Position numbers and translations under genes: made by a program. From the NCBI RefSeq assembly GCF_006345805.1, contig NW_021835938.1, forward strand, positions 1-37,698: 37,698 nucleotides of DNA. The letters are read 5' to 3'. The notes under the pieces are model-generated. The model did no database searches and was not told the DNA's origin. It saw only the letters and a list, made by a program, of their open reading frames with translations. How positions within the stretch are numbered: the first letter of the stretch is position 1; each line of letters starts with the position of its first letter. Below, one piece after another: positions 11,815-24,245 of this stretch. Source of the stretch: Octopus sinensis. Taxonomy: Eukaryota.

Positions 11815-12097
11815 GGCGCATGGCTTAGTGGTTAAGGCATTTAGCTCACGATCCTAAGGTCGTGAATTCAATTCCCGGTGACGCGTTGTGTCCTTGAGCA
11901 AGACAATTAATTTCTCATTGCTCAAGTCCAAACAGCTGGCAAAAATGAGTAAGTAGTATCTGTATTTCCCTGAGAACTACGTTACGGTTACACGTGTCTG
12001 TGGAGTGCTCAGCCATTTGCATGTTAATTTCACAAGCTAGCTGTTCCGTTGATCGTATCAGTTGGGATCCTCGTCGTCGTAACCGACGGAGTGCTCC
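11815..12097 (+). mobile_element. tRNA-derived SINE family B (OR2-like, tentative), internally deleted
   Basis: Head ggcgcatggcttagtggtt..gaattcaattcccgg and tail cgtcgtcgtaaccgacggagtgctcc. Matches 25720-26045. Confidence 0.88.
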
Positions 12098-12908
12098 TTA
12101 TTATACCTATTACATTGTTTTTGCTTACTGATACAGCCTAATTCAAATTCATCATTAATTTATATTGTCGCATCAAAGATCGCATCGAGAATGTAACTCC
12201 GTACAGAGACGGATTGAATTAAAAGATGTGCACCAATAAATCTGTTAAAAAATACGAGTGGAGTATTCTCCGGTGACCTCCGTTTTTTTAACGTATAAGC
12301 TTATACACAAATACATATATATATATCTATAATATCTCTCTCTCTCTCTCTATATATATATATAAATGTATATGTGTGTGTGTCTGTATGTATGTAATAT
12401 ATATATATATATAATGTATATTTACTTCCATATGTAAGAATCCATTTGCCTGTACCAATGTGTACATATACATATATATACTTATGCATATATATGTATA
12501 TTTATGTGTGGGTGGGTGGGTGTGCGTATACATGCACATATATACCTATGTACATATGCATATATATGTATATCATACATATATATATACATACACATAC
12601 ACACATACACTCGCATATATCTCGCATATATGTGTGCGTGTGTTTGTGTGTGTGTATGTTTGTGTTTGTACGTACACATACATATATATATATATTTGTG
12701 CGTATATATAAACAGAAATTGAATGAAAGTCAGAAGCAGGTGTATATATGTACATCTGAGGACGTGAGTATAAGCGTATGTTTTCTTAGTATAATCACTG
12801 TATAGGCACACAATGAAAATAAATTCGATATGTATGCGTCTATAAATGTATGCGCATACATGTATGCATTATATATATATATATATTATATATATATATA
12901 TTATATAC

Positions 12909-13113
12909 GCGAGAAAGAAGCAACAAGAATGGATAAGTTTTTAGTACAATCGTTTCATACAAAGACAGGCTTATTAAAAGAACTCACATGTATTTTAGCT
13001 GATGAGTACGGGACACGTTTATATGCTGCAATTTTTGTAACTTTTAATAAAGCCTGTCTTTGTATGAAACGATTGTACTAAAAACTTATCCATTCTTGTT
13101 GCTTCTTTCTCGC
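12909..13113. repeat. 72/73 bp near-perfect inverted repeat with 60 bp spacer (PLE-type inverted pLTR)
   Basis: 12909-12980 is the reverse complement of 13041-13113 except for one indel. The left flank is (TA)n. Confidence 0.95.
12993..13083 (+). ncRNA. Type I hammerhead ribozyme (intact core), predicted cleavage after GUA at 13077
   Basis: Stem I UUUUAG/CUAAAA. CUGAUGA at 12999-13005. Stem II GUACGGGACA/UGUCUUUGUAU. GAAA at 13066-13069. Minimal stem III A-C-[GAUU]-G-U. Confidence 0.75.
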
Positions 13114-13224
13114 TTATAATCACCCCACATTACTGTATTGTTAAAACCGTATAGTTTTTTGGTGCATCTAAGTTAGGTACCATATTCAAGTAAATTCATT
13201 AAAATTGACTTGAATCTTTATTGC

Positions 13225-13451
13225 TTGGCTGACCGGTTTGCGGAACACCTTCGTGACATCCACCTTGCGAACGACACACCGGTCTCACGCCATTTCCGCT
13301 CCACCGGTCACTCCTTGCAACACCTATCTGTGTTCGGTTTGTCCTTACACAGAGGCCATCCGGATTCCCGTTTGCGCCGTGAACAGGAATTAATCTTCTC
13401 TCTTCGCTCTTATACGTCATTTGGTCTCAACTCTCCCCCCTCCTCATCTAA
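13225..13451 (+). pseudogene. Penelope-like element GIY-YIG endonuclease, C-terminal fragment
   Basis: LADRFAEHLRDI..PVSRHF..GHS..LSVFGL..RLRREQELIFSL..GLN matches the PLE GIY-YIG C-terminal pattern (RxxEH, PVxxHF, E, GLN). Confidence 0.85.
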
Positions 13452-13829
13452 CCCCCCTCCTCCCCCCTCCTCACCTATCCTTTCTCCCCCCGACCCCTAC
13501 TTCTTCAGTCCTTCATCCTTTCACCCCTACTCCCCTTCCCTTCTTCCCTCTTTCTCCCTCCCTCTTCCCTTCCCTCTGCTCCCTCACTCCCTCACTCCCT
13601 CTCTCCCCTTCTCTCTCCCCTTCTCTCTCCCCTTCTCCCTCTTCCTCCTTCATCCCCCTCCTCCCCTTCCTTCTCCCCCATCCTCTCCTCTTCCCCCTTC
13701 TCCTCCCCATCTTCTTCCCCTCCCCTTCTTCCCCCCTCTCTCCCCCTCCCCTCTTCCCTCACTACACCACATGACTTTACACATCACATCACATATGATG
13801 TGCCATACTAATACACACACCAACTAATA

Positions 13830-14145
13830 CATACTAATACGTACTAATATATACTAGTACAATACTAATACTTACACCAACCCTATACATACACACGTCC
13901 AGACCCCGCATACGCACTTATACTCTCTCACACACACACACACACCTATACATACCAATACGTACTAATACATACTAATACATACTAATACATACACCAA
14001 CCCCATACATACGCACGTCCAGACCAATCCTACGCACTAATACTCTCTCATCACACACACCACACACACACACACACACCTTATACATACTAATCATACA
14101 CCAACCCTATACATACACACATCCAGACCCCTCCCACGCACTATT
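13830..14145. repeat. Three imperfect ~100-125 bp tandem units
   Basis: Repeated catactaata..acaccaaccc.atacatac.cac.tccagacc..acgcact. Confidence 0.85.
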
Positions 14146-14313
14146 AGCTGGTCCCTCAACCCTTTATCAACCCTATTATCTCCCCTTATTTCGCTCTCGC
14201 GTCTCATGTTTGATCTTTGACCTCTGGCCGAAATCAGATCGCCATGTTGATTCGTTAGCTACTGCACGCATTTTTTTTCTCTCCTTCTTTCTGTGTTTTT
14301 CTCTCTCTGTGTA

Positions 14314-14351
14314 TCTTTCTGTTGAAGAGCGTAGGCTCGAAACGTTAAAGA
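14314..14351 (+). ncRNA. Minimal type I hammerhead-like motif (variant core CUGUUGA)
   Basis: Stem I UCUUU/AAAGA, CUGUUGA-A, stem II GAGC-guag-GCUC, then GAAA-CG-UU with palindromic ACGU in place of stem III. Confidence 0.55.
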
Positions 14352-14446
14352 CTTGTTTTTTATATTTCCTGAGCGCCATGCTAATACAATTGTTCATTTG
14401 TTTTCCACCTGCCTTCGTCTTTTGTTTATTTTCATAAAGCTTCCCG

Positions 14447-14558
<112 letters not shown>

Positions 14559-14679
14559 CTGTGTGTGTGTTAATATATATATCATACATATATATATTTT
14601 TTATGGACATAGACGCTCACATATATATGAATTTACATTGATATACATATTCGTATATCTATATATTTATATAAATTTG

Positions 14680-14710
<31 letters not shown>

Positions 14711-15289
14711 TGAGAGAGAGAGAGAGGCATATATATATATGTCTATATATATATATATATGTATGTATATGTGTATATATAATATTGCATACATTCATAC
14801 ACCTATTTACAACAAGTGTGTGTATGTGTAGACTGTCACTCGCTTATTAGAAATAGCTGTATGTATGCATGCAATAATTCTCAGGTAGCACGTACATAAA
14901 ACCAGAGAAAAGTTTTTCTCAATCTAAGATAAAACGTATCTCATGGGATAATCCACACTTAGTTGAAATAGCCACAGAGTAAAGTGAAAAGAAAGTGGAA
15001 TAGCAACAGCAACAACAACAGCAACAACAACAAAAAGCAAATAACAACAACGATAGAATGCTATTATTGATATAATGATATCGGCATGAAAAAAAAAAAA
15101 GAAAAGGATATCACATATCCAAATAATATTTTCTACGATATCAAATGGCAGAATTAATATACTGATTTCGATTATATGGAGTTGATATCTCAGGTTGCAC
15201 TTAAAAGTGAAGTTTGACTTCTATGATATAATTTCTAAATAGAGAAGTACGTTTGTTTTTTTTTGTTTTTTTTTTGTCTTGGTTGTGCT

Positions 15290-15327
15290 GATGATGTTGG
15301 TGGTATCGGTGGTAGTGCGGACAGAGG

Positions 15328-15364
<37 letters not shown>

Positions 15365-15960
15365 GGTGGTGGTAATATTGATGGTGGTGATTATAAATGC
15401 GATGAGACTGGCGGTGGTGGTGGTGGTGGTAGTGATGGTATCGCTGTTGTAACAAGAGCAATGGTAACGGTGTTCGCGGTTATGTGTGTGGTATTGGTGG
15501 TAGCAAATAGTGGTGATAATGTTAGCGGTGGTGGTGTGTGTGGTGTTGTTCTTGTTAGTGGGGGGGTGATGGTTGTGGTGGTGGTGGTGGTGGTAATGGT
15601 GGTAGTGGCTGTTATGTTGGTTGTGGTAGAGGTGGAGGTGGTGGTGGTAATGGGGTGGTAGTGTTGGTGGCGGTGGTGGTGGTGGTAGTAGTGGTAGTGG
15701 TGGTGGTGGCTGTTATGTTGGTCGTGGTAGTGGTGGAAGTAGTGGCGGTGGTAATACGGTGGTAGTGGTGGTGGCAGTGGAGATGGTGGTGGTAGTGGTG
15801 GTGGCGGTGGTGGTGGTAGTAGGGGCATTAGTAACTGTTGTAGCAGTAGTAACGCTGACTGCGTTCGTAGTTATGATGGTAGTATTGGTGACAGCATATA
15901 GTGGTGTCAGTGGTGTTTGTGGTAATGCTCGTGGTTGTGACCGTGGTAGGGATGAAAGCG
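15290..15960. repeat. Degenerate (GGT)n/(GTA)n low-complexity tract
   Basis: Directly visible. Confidence 0.9.
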
Positions 15961-16633
15961 GTAGTGGTGATTCCAGAAATAGTTAGCTGCTATAGCTTAC
16001 AGATTGAGTACCAACATAAAATCCTCTTTCATTGCCTTTATTTAGCTCCAGGTTGCACCGTATAGAAGCAAACATATGACCAAAAGTATGCTATCCATGA
16101 CCATCTCGTCGGTTATTCAGCGACAGCGTATCCCCGATTTTACTACCCAAGTATGCCTTTTCATGTTCAACAATAGGCTATAATTTGATGAAAACTTGAC
16201 TACAATTTCTAGCACACCAAGCGACAACAAGGAGTGTCTATCTATTTCGTGACTATCAACACTGTCTATCTATTTCGTCACACAAGGATTAGTACAAGCT
16301 GTAAGATAACATTTCTACATGTTTGAGAACAATGTCTGGTCGGTTGTCCGCCACGAAATCATTACATGTTATAAATCCTATCATCATATAGATATTTTGA
16401 ATCCGGTAGGCAGATGTCTCTAGACTTTATCACAGAGCTTTATGGATGTATTCCTGCAAACTGCCGCAGAAGGTAGAGTCCTAAACCATGTTTATGCATT
16501 TGTATTTATTTTGTTATCGTACTAAACTGAATATTGAACTTCTATCGAACTAGTAGCTTACACTATACGTTAATGCACTAAAAGATATTTAAATTATGCT
16601 GTGTGTGTGTGTATTTATGTGCGTGTATGCATT

Positions 16634-16664
<31 letters not shown>

Positions 16665-16680
16665 CTGTGTCTGCGTGTAC

Positions 16681-16713
<33 letters not shown>

Positions 16714-16736
16714 AATGGCCAGCTAGAAGGACAGGC

Positions 16737-16804
<68 letters not shown>

Positions 16805-16986
16805 GGCTAAGTAGGTAGGCAGGTAGGTAGCTAGCTAGCTAGATAGATAGATACAAAGAGAGAGAGAGAGAGAGAGAGAGAGACAGTCAGAGACAGAGAC
16901 AGAGACAGAAACAGAGATAGAGAGACAGACAGAGATGTCGTTTCAAGGCTATCTATCTATCTATCTATCTATTGACTATCTATCTG

Positions 16987-17057
<71 letters not shown>

Positions 17058-17090
17058 GTCTGTCTATCTTTGTCGATTGATTGATTGATT
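16681..17090. repeat. (GA)n, (GATA)n and opposed (TATC)n microsatellite cluster
   Basis: Directly visible. Confidence 0.95.
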
Positions 17091-17630
17091 AAAAACATAC
17101 GCACAAACACTTGACTGTCCCAGTTCCTATGATTGCTTGAAATATTCTAGCAGCCTTTGCCCGATTGTTTGTTGTAAGTGATATTTTTTAAAGAATGGCG
17201 GAACTGGTGTTGATGGGAAGGCCGCATAGTGGCGCTGCTATGGGACAAAGAATGAAAGACGGAAATTAGGAAGATGAAAAGATAAGGAAAACAACACGAA
17301 TGTAAAGTAAAGAATTGGATGAAAAGTGTGTGGAGAAGGCGCTGGAAGAGAATGGCATCATGTTTTTGGAGATATGAAGTCTGATTACTGTATATTAGAA
17401 GAAGCAAAGATGATGAGGAGATGAGTAACAAATAGATAAACGTGAAGAGAATTGATATGTGATGAGTAAGAACGCATGACCTTGTCTTAATAAACAGAGA
17501 AAATGGGATATATGCTGTGTGGTGGTAGGAATGACACGGTGAGCAGTGAAGGATGCAAAAGTAAAAAAAAATGGTGTAGATGGAGAGTGGCCATACGGAG
17601 ATTATCACACACGTATATGCACAAGACACG

Positions 17631-17689
<59 letters not shown>

Positions 17690-17877
17690 CATACATACAT
17701 ACATAGGTGCACATACTCTCATACACATGCATGCATTTTCATAAACGTAAATATGAGTATACGTGCATACACAGAAATTAGAATGTTTGTGTCCGAGTAT
17801 ACACGTTACACACACACACACATACATACACACACACACATGCACGTGCGCAAACACACACATACATTTATATATTT

Positions 17878-18295
17878 AGCGCAAGCGTGACTGTGTGGTA
17901 AGAAGCTTGTTTCACAACCACATGATTCCGAGTTCAGTCCCACTGCGAGGCACCTTGTGCAAGTACCTTCTACGTGCAAGCGTCTTGACCAAAGCCTTGT
18001 GAGTGGATTTAGTAGACAGAAACTGAAAGAAGCCCGTCGTATATATATATGTATGTGTATGTGTCTATGTGTGTGTGTTTTTGTGCTTGCCTTTGTCCCA
18101 CCACCACCTGACAACTAGCGTTGGTGTGTTTATGTCCCCAATAGCTTAGTGGTTCGGCAAAAGATATCGATAGAATGAGTACCAGGTTTAACAATAACAA
18201 TAAGAAAAGAACTGGGATTGATTCGTTCGACAACAATTCTTCAAGGCTGTGCCCCAGCATAGCCACAGTCTAATGACTGAAAGAAATAAAAGAGT
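17878..18295 (+). mobile_element. Full-length diverged SINE family A
   Basis: gcgcaagcgtgactgtgtggtaag..gagttcagtcccactgcg..gaaactgaaagaagcccgtcg..aatgactgaaagaaataaaagagt. Confidence 0.88.
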
Positions 18296-18299
18296 AATA

Positions 18300-18351
<52 letters not shown>

Positions 18352-18368
18352 ATATATATTATATATAT

Positions 18369-18400
<32 letters not shown>

Positions 18401-19592
18401 CTAGCATTATGACCCGTCGTTGCCTGGTCATAGTGCTAGTGCATGTATATATGTGTATATATATGTGTACCTGTTACATGTACATCTATATATATACATC
18501 TATACATAAAATACAAAATACAAAGTTATATCTTGATATCGCCAGTGATAACAATACTCGAAATATATAACAGACTGGAATTGTAAGCCCGTCTCTTGCA
18601 ATTTCGATCAATTGTATCTTGTCCTCCCTCTTGTATAGAAGTGTGGCTATAATCCAACCTACCTCAATTTCAAGGGGGTGGGGCATTTTAAATTTTTTTT
18701 TCCGGGACGTCCTACGTCCCAGATATAAAGGTAAAAATAAAATATGTCCACTTTGCAAATTCGAGTCGAGTACGCTCCGTTGACTCGAACCTTGCTTCTC
18801 TTGTGGCGAGGTTACCGCCTCTGGTCAGATATCTTTCATAGTCGCACCAAGACACTTTTCGATGGTGCTTTGCTCCAGGTGTTCATATCTTCTTTTTTCT
18901 CTACATTGTATACTTTATAGACAATAGTCTTTTCTTTAATTTAATTTTTTTAATCCATCTGGACTATTCCGTTTCTGCACGCTAATTTTATTTTTAATTT
19001 ATTCCTATTCATGTGAAACCACTTATTCAAGTTCAAGTCATTAATGCAATTTTATACCAATTGCTATTTTTACTTTTGTTATGTTACGATTATACTTTAC
19101 TTTAGTTTTATTTTAATTATTACTTACTACATATAATTCAGTTGTTATTACTATTTTTATTGTTAAAGTGAAAGTATCTGACATAAAATAGAGAAATGTC
19201 TTTGTTTCACTTTTAACACGTAATACTGAAATAGTGGAGAAGATATGATATTGCTATGGGCTCGCTCTAGGCAAGAAGTTGAACATTTGTTTTGCCCATG
19301 AAACTACATGGACCCTAAGTAAGGTATGTGTAAAGTTTGAATGAAATTGGTTGTGTAGTTCTCAAGTTTTAGGGAATCGTAGTGGAGAAGATATGATATT
19401 GCTGTGGGCTCGCCCTAGGCAAAAAGTAAAATATTGTTTTTGCCGATAACACTCCCCGGACCCCAAGTAAGGCATGTGTAAAATTTGAATGAAATTGGTG
19501 GTGTGCAGTTCTCAAGTTTTAGGGAAATACACAGACAGACAGACAGACAGACATACAGACAGACAGACACATTCTCAGTTTATATATATAGA
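18401..19592 (-). mobile_element. Non-autonomous Helitron
   Basis: The minus strand begins A|TCtatatatataaactgagaatgtgtctgtctg and ends with the hairpin gcactatgacc..ggtcataatg followed by CTAG|T. No TSD. Inserted in (TA)n. Confidence 0.8.
19232..19526. repeat. 148 bp tandem duplication inside the Helitron
   Basis: tagtggagaagatatgatattgct..agttctcaagttttagggaa begins at 19232 and again at 19380. Confidence 0.92.
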
Positions 19593-19596
19593 TATA

Positions 19597-19638
<42 letters not shown>

Positions 19639-19650
19639 TATTATATATAT

Positions 19651-19740
<90 letters not shown>

Positions 19741-19894
19741 TAGATATATAGATATAGATATAAATATAGATATAGATATAGATATAGATATAGATATATA
19801 TAGATATAAATATATATATATATATATTTTTATATCTATATATATATTATGTGTCCATATATATATACTTTATGTACCCATATCGCTACGATAT

Positions 19895-20151
19895 GGGTAC
19901 ATAAAGAAACTAACACCGGTTGTAAGAGGTGATGGTGGGTGGTGGTGGAAAGCGCAGGCACAACGACAAACATACACGCATATATATGTACATATACGAC
20001 AGGCTTCTTTCAGTTTCGGTCTACCAAATCCACTCACAAGCCATCGGTTGATCCGTAGTGGTTCTAGTAGAAGGCACTTCCGGAAGGTGCTTCGCAATGT
20101 GATTGAACTTGGAACCATGTGGTTGGAAAGCAAACCTTCTACCGCGCAGCC
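19895..20151 (-). mobile_element. SINE family A, 3'-truncated
   Basis: Reverse complement of the family A head and core (acgacaggcttctttcagtttc..ctaccaaatccactcacaag..ggaaccatgtggttg). Confidence 0.85.
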
Positions 20152-20249
20152 TCACCACGAATGTTGGTGCAGAGTCTTTTATTGAATTCTGTGCCAACTG
20201 AATGCGAAATTTGAACTCAGATATCTTAATCATTTACTTTTATCATACA

Positions 20250-20645
20250 CTAGCAGTATCACCCGGCCTTGCTTGGGTTTGCTTTCTTTTCGACCCTTTA
20301 GAATTGGAATTTTTGAAAAGTAAAAATTGTACATTATGTAGCTTGTTATTCTCTTTAAGTGAACATTTTTCTGGTTGAAATACATCGAAAAATGACGACA
20401 CAGCAGTGAAAAAATCGTAAAAAATAGGGATTTTCATAGAAAAAAAGCACCTTTTGATGTAAGTAATTTTTGGTGTTAACATGGTCCGATTTGAATTTTT
20501 TTCTTCTACGGAAGGAAGAGCAAGCCTTCTTCTATCATACACTCAATTTTGATCAACTTGCACCGCAGGGTCTCGGAGGAGATAGTGTTAGTTGAAGGCT
20601 ACCAAACCTGCCATACACAGACAACTTCAGCTTTATATAGAGAGA
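20250..20645 (-). mobile_element. Non-autonomous Helitron (~396 bp)
   Basis: The minus strand runs A|TCtctctatataaagctgaagttgtc ... acccaagcaaggccgggtgatactgCTAG|T. Confidence 0.75.
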
Positions 20646-21038
20646 TATTGGTTTATTACGAAGATAGAGACCGGATAACATCTCGTATTTTTAGAAACCG
20701 AATATTCTACAAGTGATCACCTTTTATTTTCAGTTTATTCCTTTACCTTCTCTTTCTAAGATAATACGATGTGACTTGCTTTGAGGGAATTTAACTGTTA
20801 TTTCTACGAGACCATTGCACCATAAATAAGCAACTTTTGCGGTTCTTTGACTTGTCGTGTGCTTCTACTCAAGGCCTATGTTCTTTCAACTGTGAACTTT
20901 TCTATCAATGAGCTATGCCCTCCAAACAAAGGTCATATTTTTTAGTGTTCTAGATTTGTCACTTCTGTAAATATTATAGAAAATTTATTTCAGCGTGTTT
21001 TGACTGCTATTTCTTCAAGATCGAGCGACCTTATAGAA

Positions 21039-21344
21039 CAACAGTTCTCAAGCATTTTGTACCTAGTGACCCCTTTGATTTCTATTTTACTCGGGTGGAC
21101 TTCATTCATCGCTTTAAAAAAATCTCATTCATTGTTTAGAAAAATCTCATATTTTCATAATTAAATATTATTGAGAGACATTTTCTTTTTGTGCCTTATA
21201 ATGTAACACTCACCGGTAAAATTTCCACTTATTTTCTTATTTTTATTTTCCTAAAATTTTCGTTGCGTAACGGACAGAGTCAAGACTATTGAAATTTTAT
21301 GTGGGCCCTCAAAGGGTCATGTGGACCGCTGTTGAGAACTATTG
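21039..21344. mobile_element. hAT-superfamily MITE (306 bp)
   Basis: TIRs caacagttctcaa and ttgagaactattg. 8 bp TSD ttatagaa (21031-21038) versus atatagaa (21345-21352). Confidence 0.8.
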
Positions 21345-21835
21345 ATATAGAAGCTTCTCGGCTTTTCGCCTTGTCATATCCGTTTGTAAGGGGACCAGGT
21401 TCATTAGACCGTAAAATATTCAATCAATAAGCTCTTCCCTAGAGACAAAGGTCATATTTCCTACTGCTTTACAGCTGGCTCTTTTGTAAATACCGAAGAA
21501 AGCTTCACGTTTCGTTTTATATCTTTTTGACACAGCGCTTCTCTCTCGTGGGAATGTTTCATTAGAGAATTACAGTTTTCACGAAAGAAGTTTTTAATGT
21601 GTTCGTTTCTTTGTCTATTTAATCGATTCCAGACCTTTGTCCTTTGTCTCATGACTATTTTCTCCGTCCCTGACATGAAATAATTTTGCGAACTGTGACA
21701 TATTTAATGCATAAAGCAAGAATTGTTGACATAAATTGTGTAAATTGTTACATCTTTGTCACACGGAGGCACGGGACGAGGGCATACGAAACTCACACAC
21801 AACGATACAAACATTTACATACACACACACACACC

Positions 21836-21867
<32 letters not shown>

Positions 21868-22805
21868 CAACACCACACCACCACTACAATACACAAAGGC
21901 ACATGTGCTCAAATATACACATGGATACAGACACACAAAGGCGCATGCTCATAATTGTACACAAATGCATTCACATATATACACACACAAATACACTTAC
22001 ACATCTACACATGCACATACACACATAAAAGCACACACACATATATATATACACACAAACACGCACAAAGGCACACACATAAGCACGTATATACACAATG
22101 CATATATATATACACACATACATAAACTAACACAAATGCATATATATACACACATACATAAAGGCACTTATACACACACACACGCACACGCACACACACA
22201 TATATATATATATATATACACACACTTGCACACACAGAAAGGCACATACACAAATACACAAACATATACACCCATGCAAGCCGTACGTATGCACATGCGC
22301 ATGCATATTTGACCCATTTTAATTTGTTGACCTCATCTTTAATTGATTTCCAATGAGGTTTGTGAAAATTGAGATTGGAACGAAGAGTTAAAAGGCGTTT
22401 GATGAGATATTTAATTACAGATTTTTTATTATTGTTGTTGTATTGTTATAGGTCACGTGATGTTGTTATCGCTATCGTTGTTGTTGTTGTTGTACAGCCC
22501 TAGATCTGCCATAATCGAGTAAACCTATGAAAAAACGACGTTCAATTTTTTAAGATTGGCGGCCATCTTTTACAAGTGTATCTTTTACAGGGTTTCATAT
22601 ATCAAGGACGCCATTTTTCAATAAAATTTTTTACTTTATAGTATACTTATATATGTGTGTGTCGTTTGAGGGCGATTTGGGCGCTTATTTCTAGCAATTC
22701 GACCAGCCACTTAGAGGCTCCTATATTAGTTAGCTCTTTACAGATGATTTTAATCAGCTGTGTCACTTGACTACGATATGCACATAAATTACACTATATA
22801 ACATA

Positions 22806-23043
22806 TGGCATAGTGGGCTACTAACCACAAGATTCCGAGTTCGATCCAGGCAGTGACCTGAATAATAATAATAATCAACATCCATTCATGAATTTATTTA
22901 TTTGTTAATTTGTTTTTAAATACATATTTTACCTGTGAATTTGCTTGTGTAATATGGGAATGCATACAATGAACTTCTCTGTTCTAGGTGTACGGAAAAC
23001 ACCTAGCAAGAAATGGAAGAAAATTTGAAAAAAAGAAGGAAAC

Positions 23044-23091
<48 letters not shown>

Positions 23092-23252
23092 CAACAACAT
23101 CGAAAAATACGTTAGGTATGAGAGCCCAGGTTCGAAATTTCCCCCAAGACACCGGATGAAGGTTGGAGGGCATTTCAGCCGAAACGTTGTGTTAAAAACA
23201 AACAAGATGAGGACAAATATCCGTCAAAATGTAAATAATGTAAATAATGTAT
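22806..23252 (+). mobile_element. tRNA-headed element with (AAT)n and a hammerhead-like PLE-type 3' module
   Basis: B-box-like gagttcgatcc at 22837-22847, (AAT)n tracts, hammerhead motif at 23148-23193, and a tandem aatgtaaat tail. Confidence 0.55.
23148..23193 (+). ncRNA. Minimal type I hammerhead-like motif (U4G substitution)
   Basis: Stem I GACAC/GUGUU, CGGAUGA-A, stem II GGUUGGAG/UUUCAGCC, then GAAA-CG-UU. Confidence 0.6.
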
Positions 23253-23466
23253 AACAAAAAATTTTTTTTTCTGTTGTGTTTTCGGTCAGTAAGTGTTATT
23301 TCCTATTTGTTTCTATCTAGAAATCAAAGGAAATGACTACCATTCCCTTCAAACTTTGCTTTTGTGACGTGGACATTAGTGTTTTGAAACTGACCTATTT
23401 TCCATTTCAGTTCAGACAGATTCAGCGCTCAGTTCCTATAGCAGAAATATCGTTATAACAAATATC

Positions 23467-23620
23467 CTACTCGATACTACAGATCTGGTTGTCAATCACT
23501 TGACCATAACCAGTTGAACATGTCCTTTCATGGCTGGCAATATGTGCATTCCTTATCATAAGCAGTTGTGGGGGAGCATCACAGCCTTTTTTGAGAGGGA
23601 TTCTTTGGGGTTTGAATAAA
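23467..23620 (+). repeat. Diverged fragment of the 2819-3415 element
   Basis: tactacagatctggttgtc..taaccagttgaacatgtcc..gagcatcacagcc..ttgagagggattctt aligns to ~2976-3130. Confidence 0.75.
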
Positions 23621-23825
23621 TGTAAAAAGTAAAGTTTGAAGGAAATATTAGCCATCTATCATAACAGTTGCTACCCTAGGACAAAAATCGTGTTACACAG
23701 TGTTGTGTTTCTCTTGATTGTTACAATTACTGAGGCACCACATTGGAAGGTTAAATGAATCAAATCGGTTGCAGTACTTGTTTTGTTCAAGTCTAACATT
23801 TATTCTATAGGAAACATTTACGGAA

Positions 23826-24196
23826 AGGCGGCCAACTGGCAGAAACGTTATGCGTACGAGGATAGCAATTTCGGGCAAGGATTAAATTTTTTACATCGAC
23901 TCCAGTATTTCACTGGTACTTTATTTTATCGATCCTCAAAGGATAAAAGACAAAATCCACCTCGACAATATTTGAACTGGGAACTTAAGGCAGAAATGAA
24001 TGCCACTTAGCGTTTTGTCCGGAGCAGCAATTTTGAAGAAGGGCTTAGTCGATAATATCGACCTCAGTATTTGACTGGTACTTGGAAGGCGGTAAGCTGG
24101 CAGAAACGTTAGGACGCCGAGCGAAATGCTTAGCGGTATTTCGTCTGCCGCTACGTTCTGAGTTCAAATTCCGCCGAGGTCGACTTTGCCTTTCAT
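23826..24196. mobile_element. Cluster of SINE family C fragments in both orientations
   Basis: A plus-strand head at ~23826, minus-strand copies at ~23860-24025 and ~24027-24082, and a plus-strand copy at 24087-24196 that is truncated at (ATT)n. Confidence 0.75.
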
Positions 24197-24205
24197 TATT
24201 ATTAC

Positions 24206-24245
<40 letters not shown>

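Larger units (their letters stand above)
13225..14445 (+). mobile_element. 5'-truncated Penelope-like retroelement (endonuclease end, pyrimidine tract, tandem repeats, pLTR with hammerhead)
   Basis: GIY-YIG fragment, then a C/T-rich tract, then ~120 bp repeats, then a hammerhead-like pLTR that ends at (TA)n. Confidence 0.75.

Noticed and set aside
13432-13827. Pro/Ser-rich extension of the 205 aa ORF
   Set aside because: Read-through into a C/T low-complexity tract after a probable frameshift. The natural stop is probably near 13451.
15263-15986. Gly/Val-rich and Pro/Thr/His-rich ORFs
   Set aside because: (GGT)n low-complexity sequence with no splice or domain evidence.
17147-17863. 238 aa minus-strand ORF
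   Set aside because: Microsatellite plus purine-skewed sequence with no recognisable domain. At most a very decayed LINE end.
21686-22312. His/Thr-rich 208 aa ORF and similar YI/CV/HT ORFs across the window
   Set aside because: Translations of (CA)n, (TA)n and (TG)n microsatellites.
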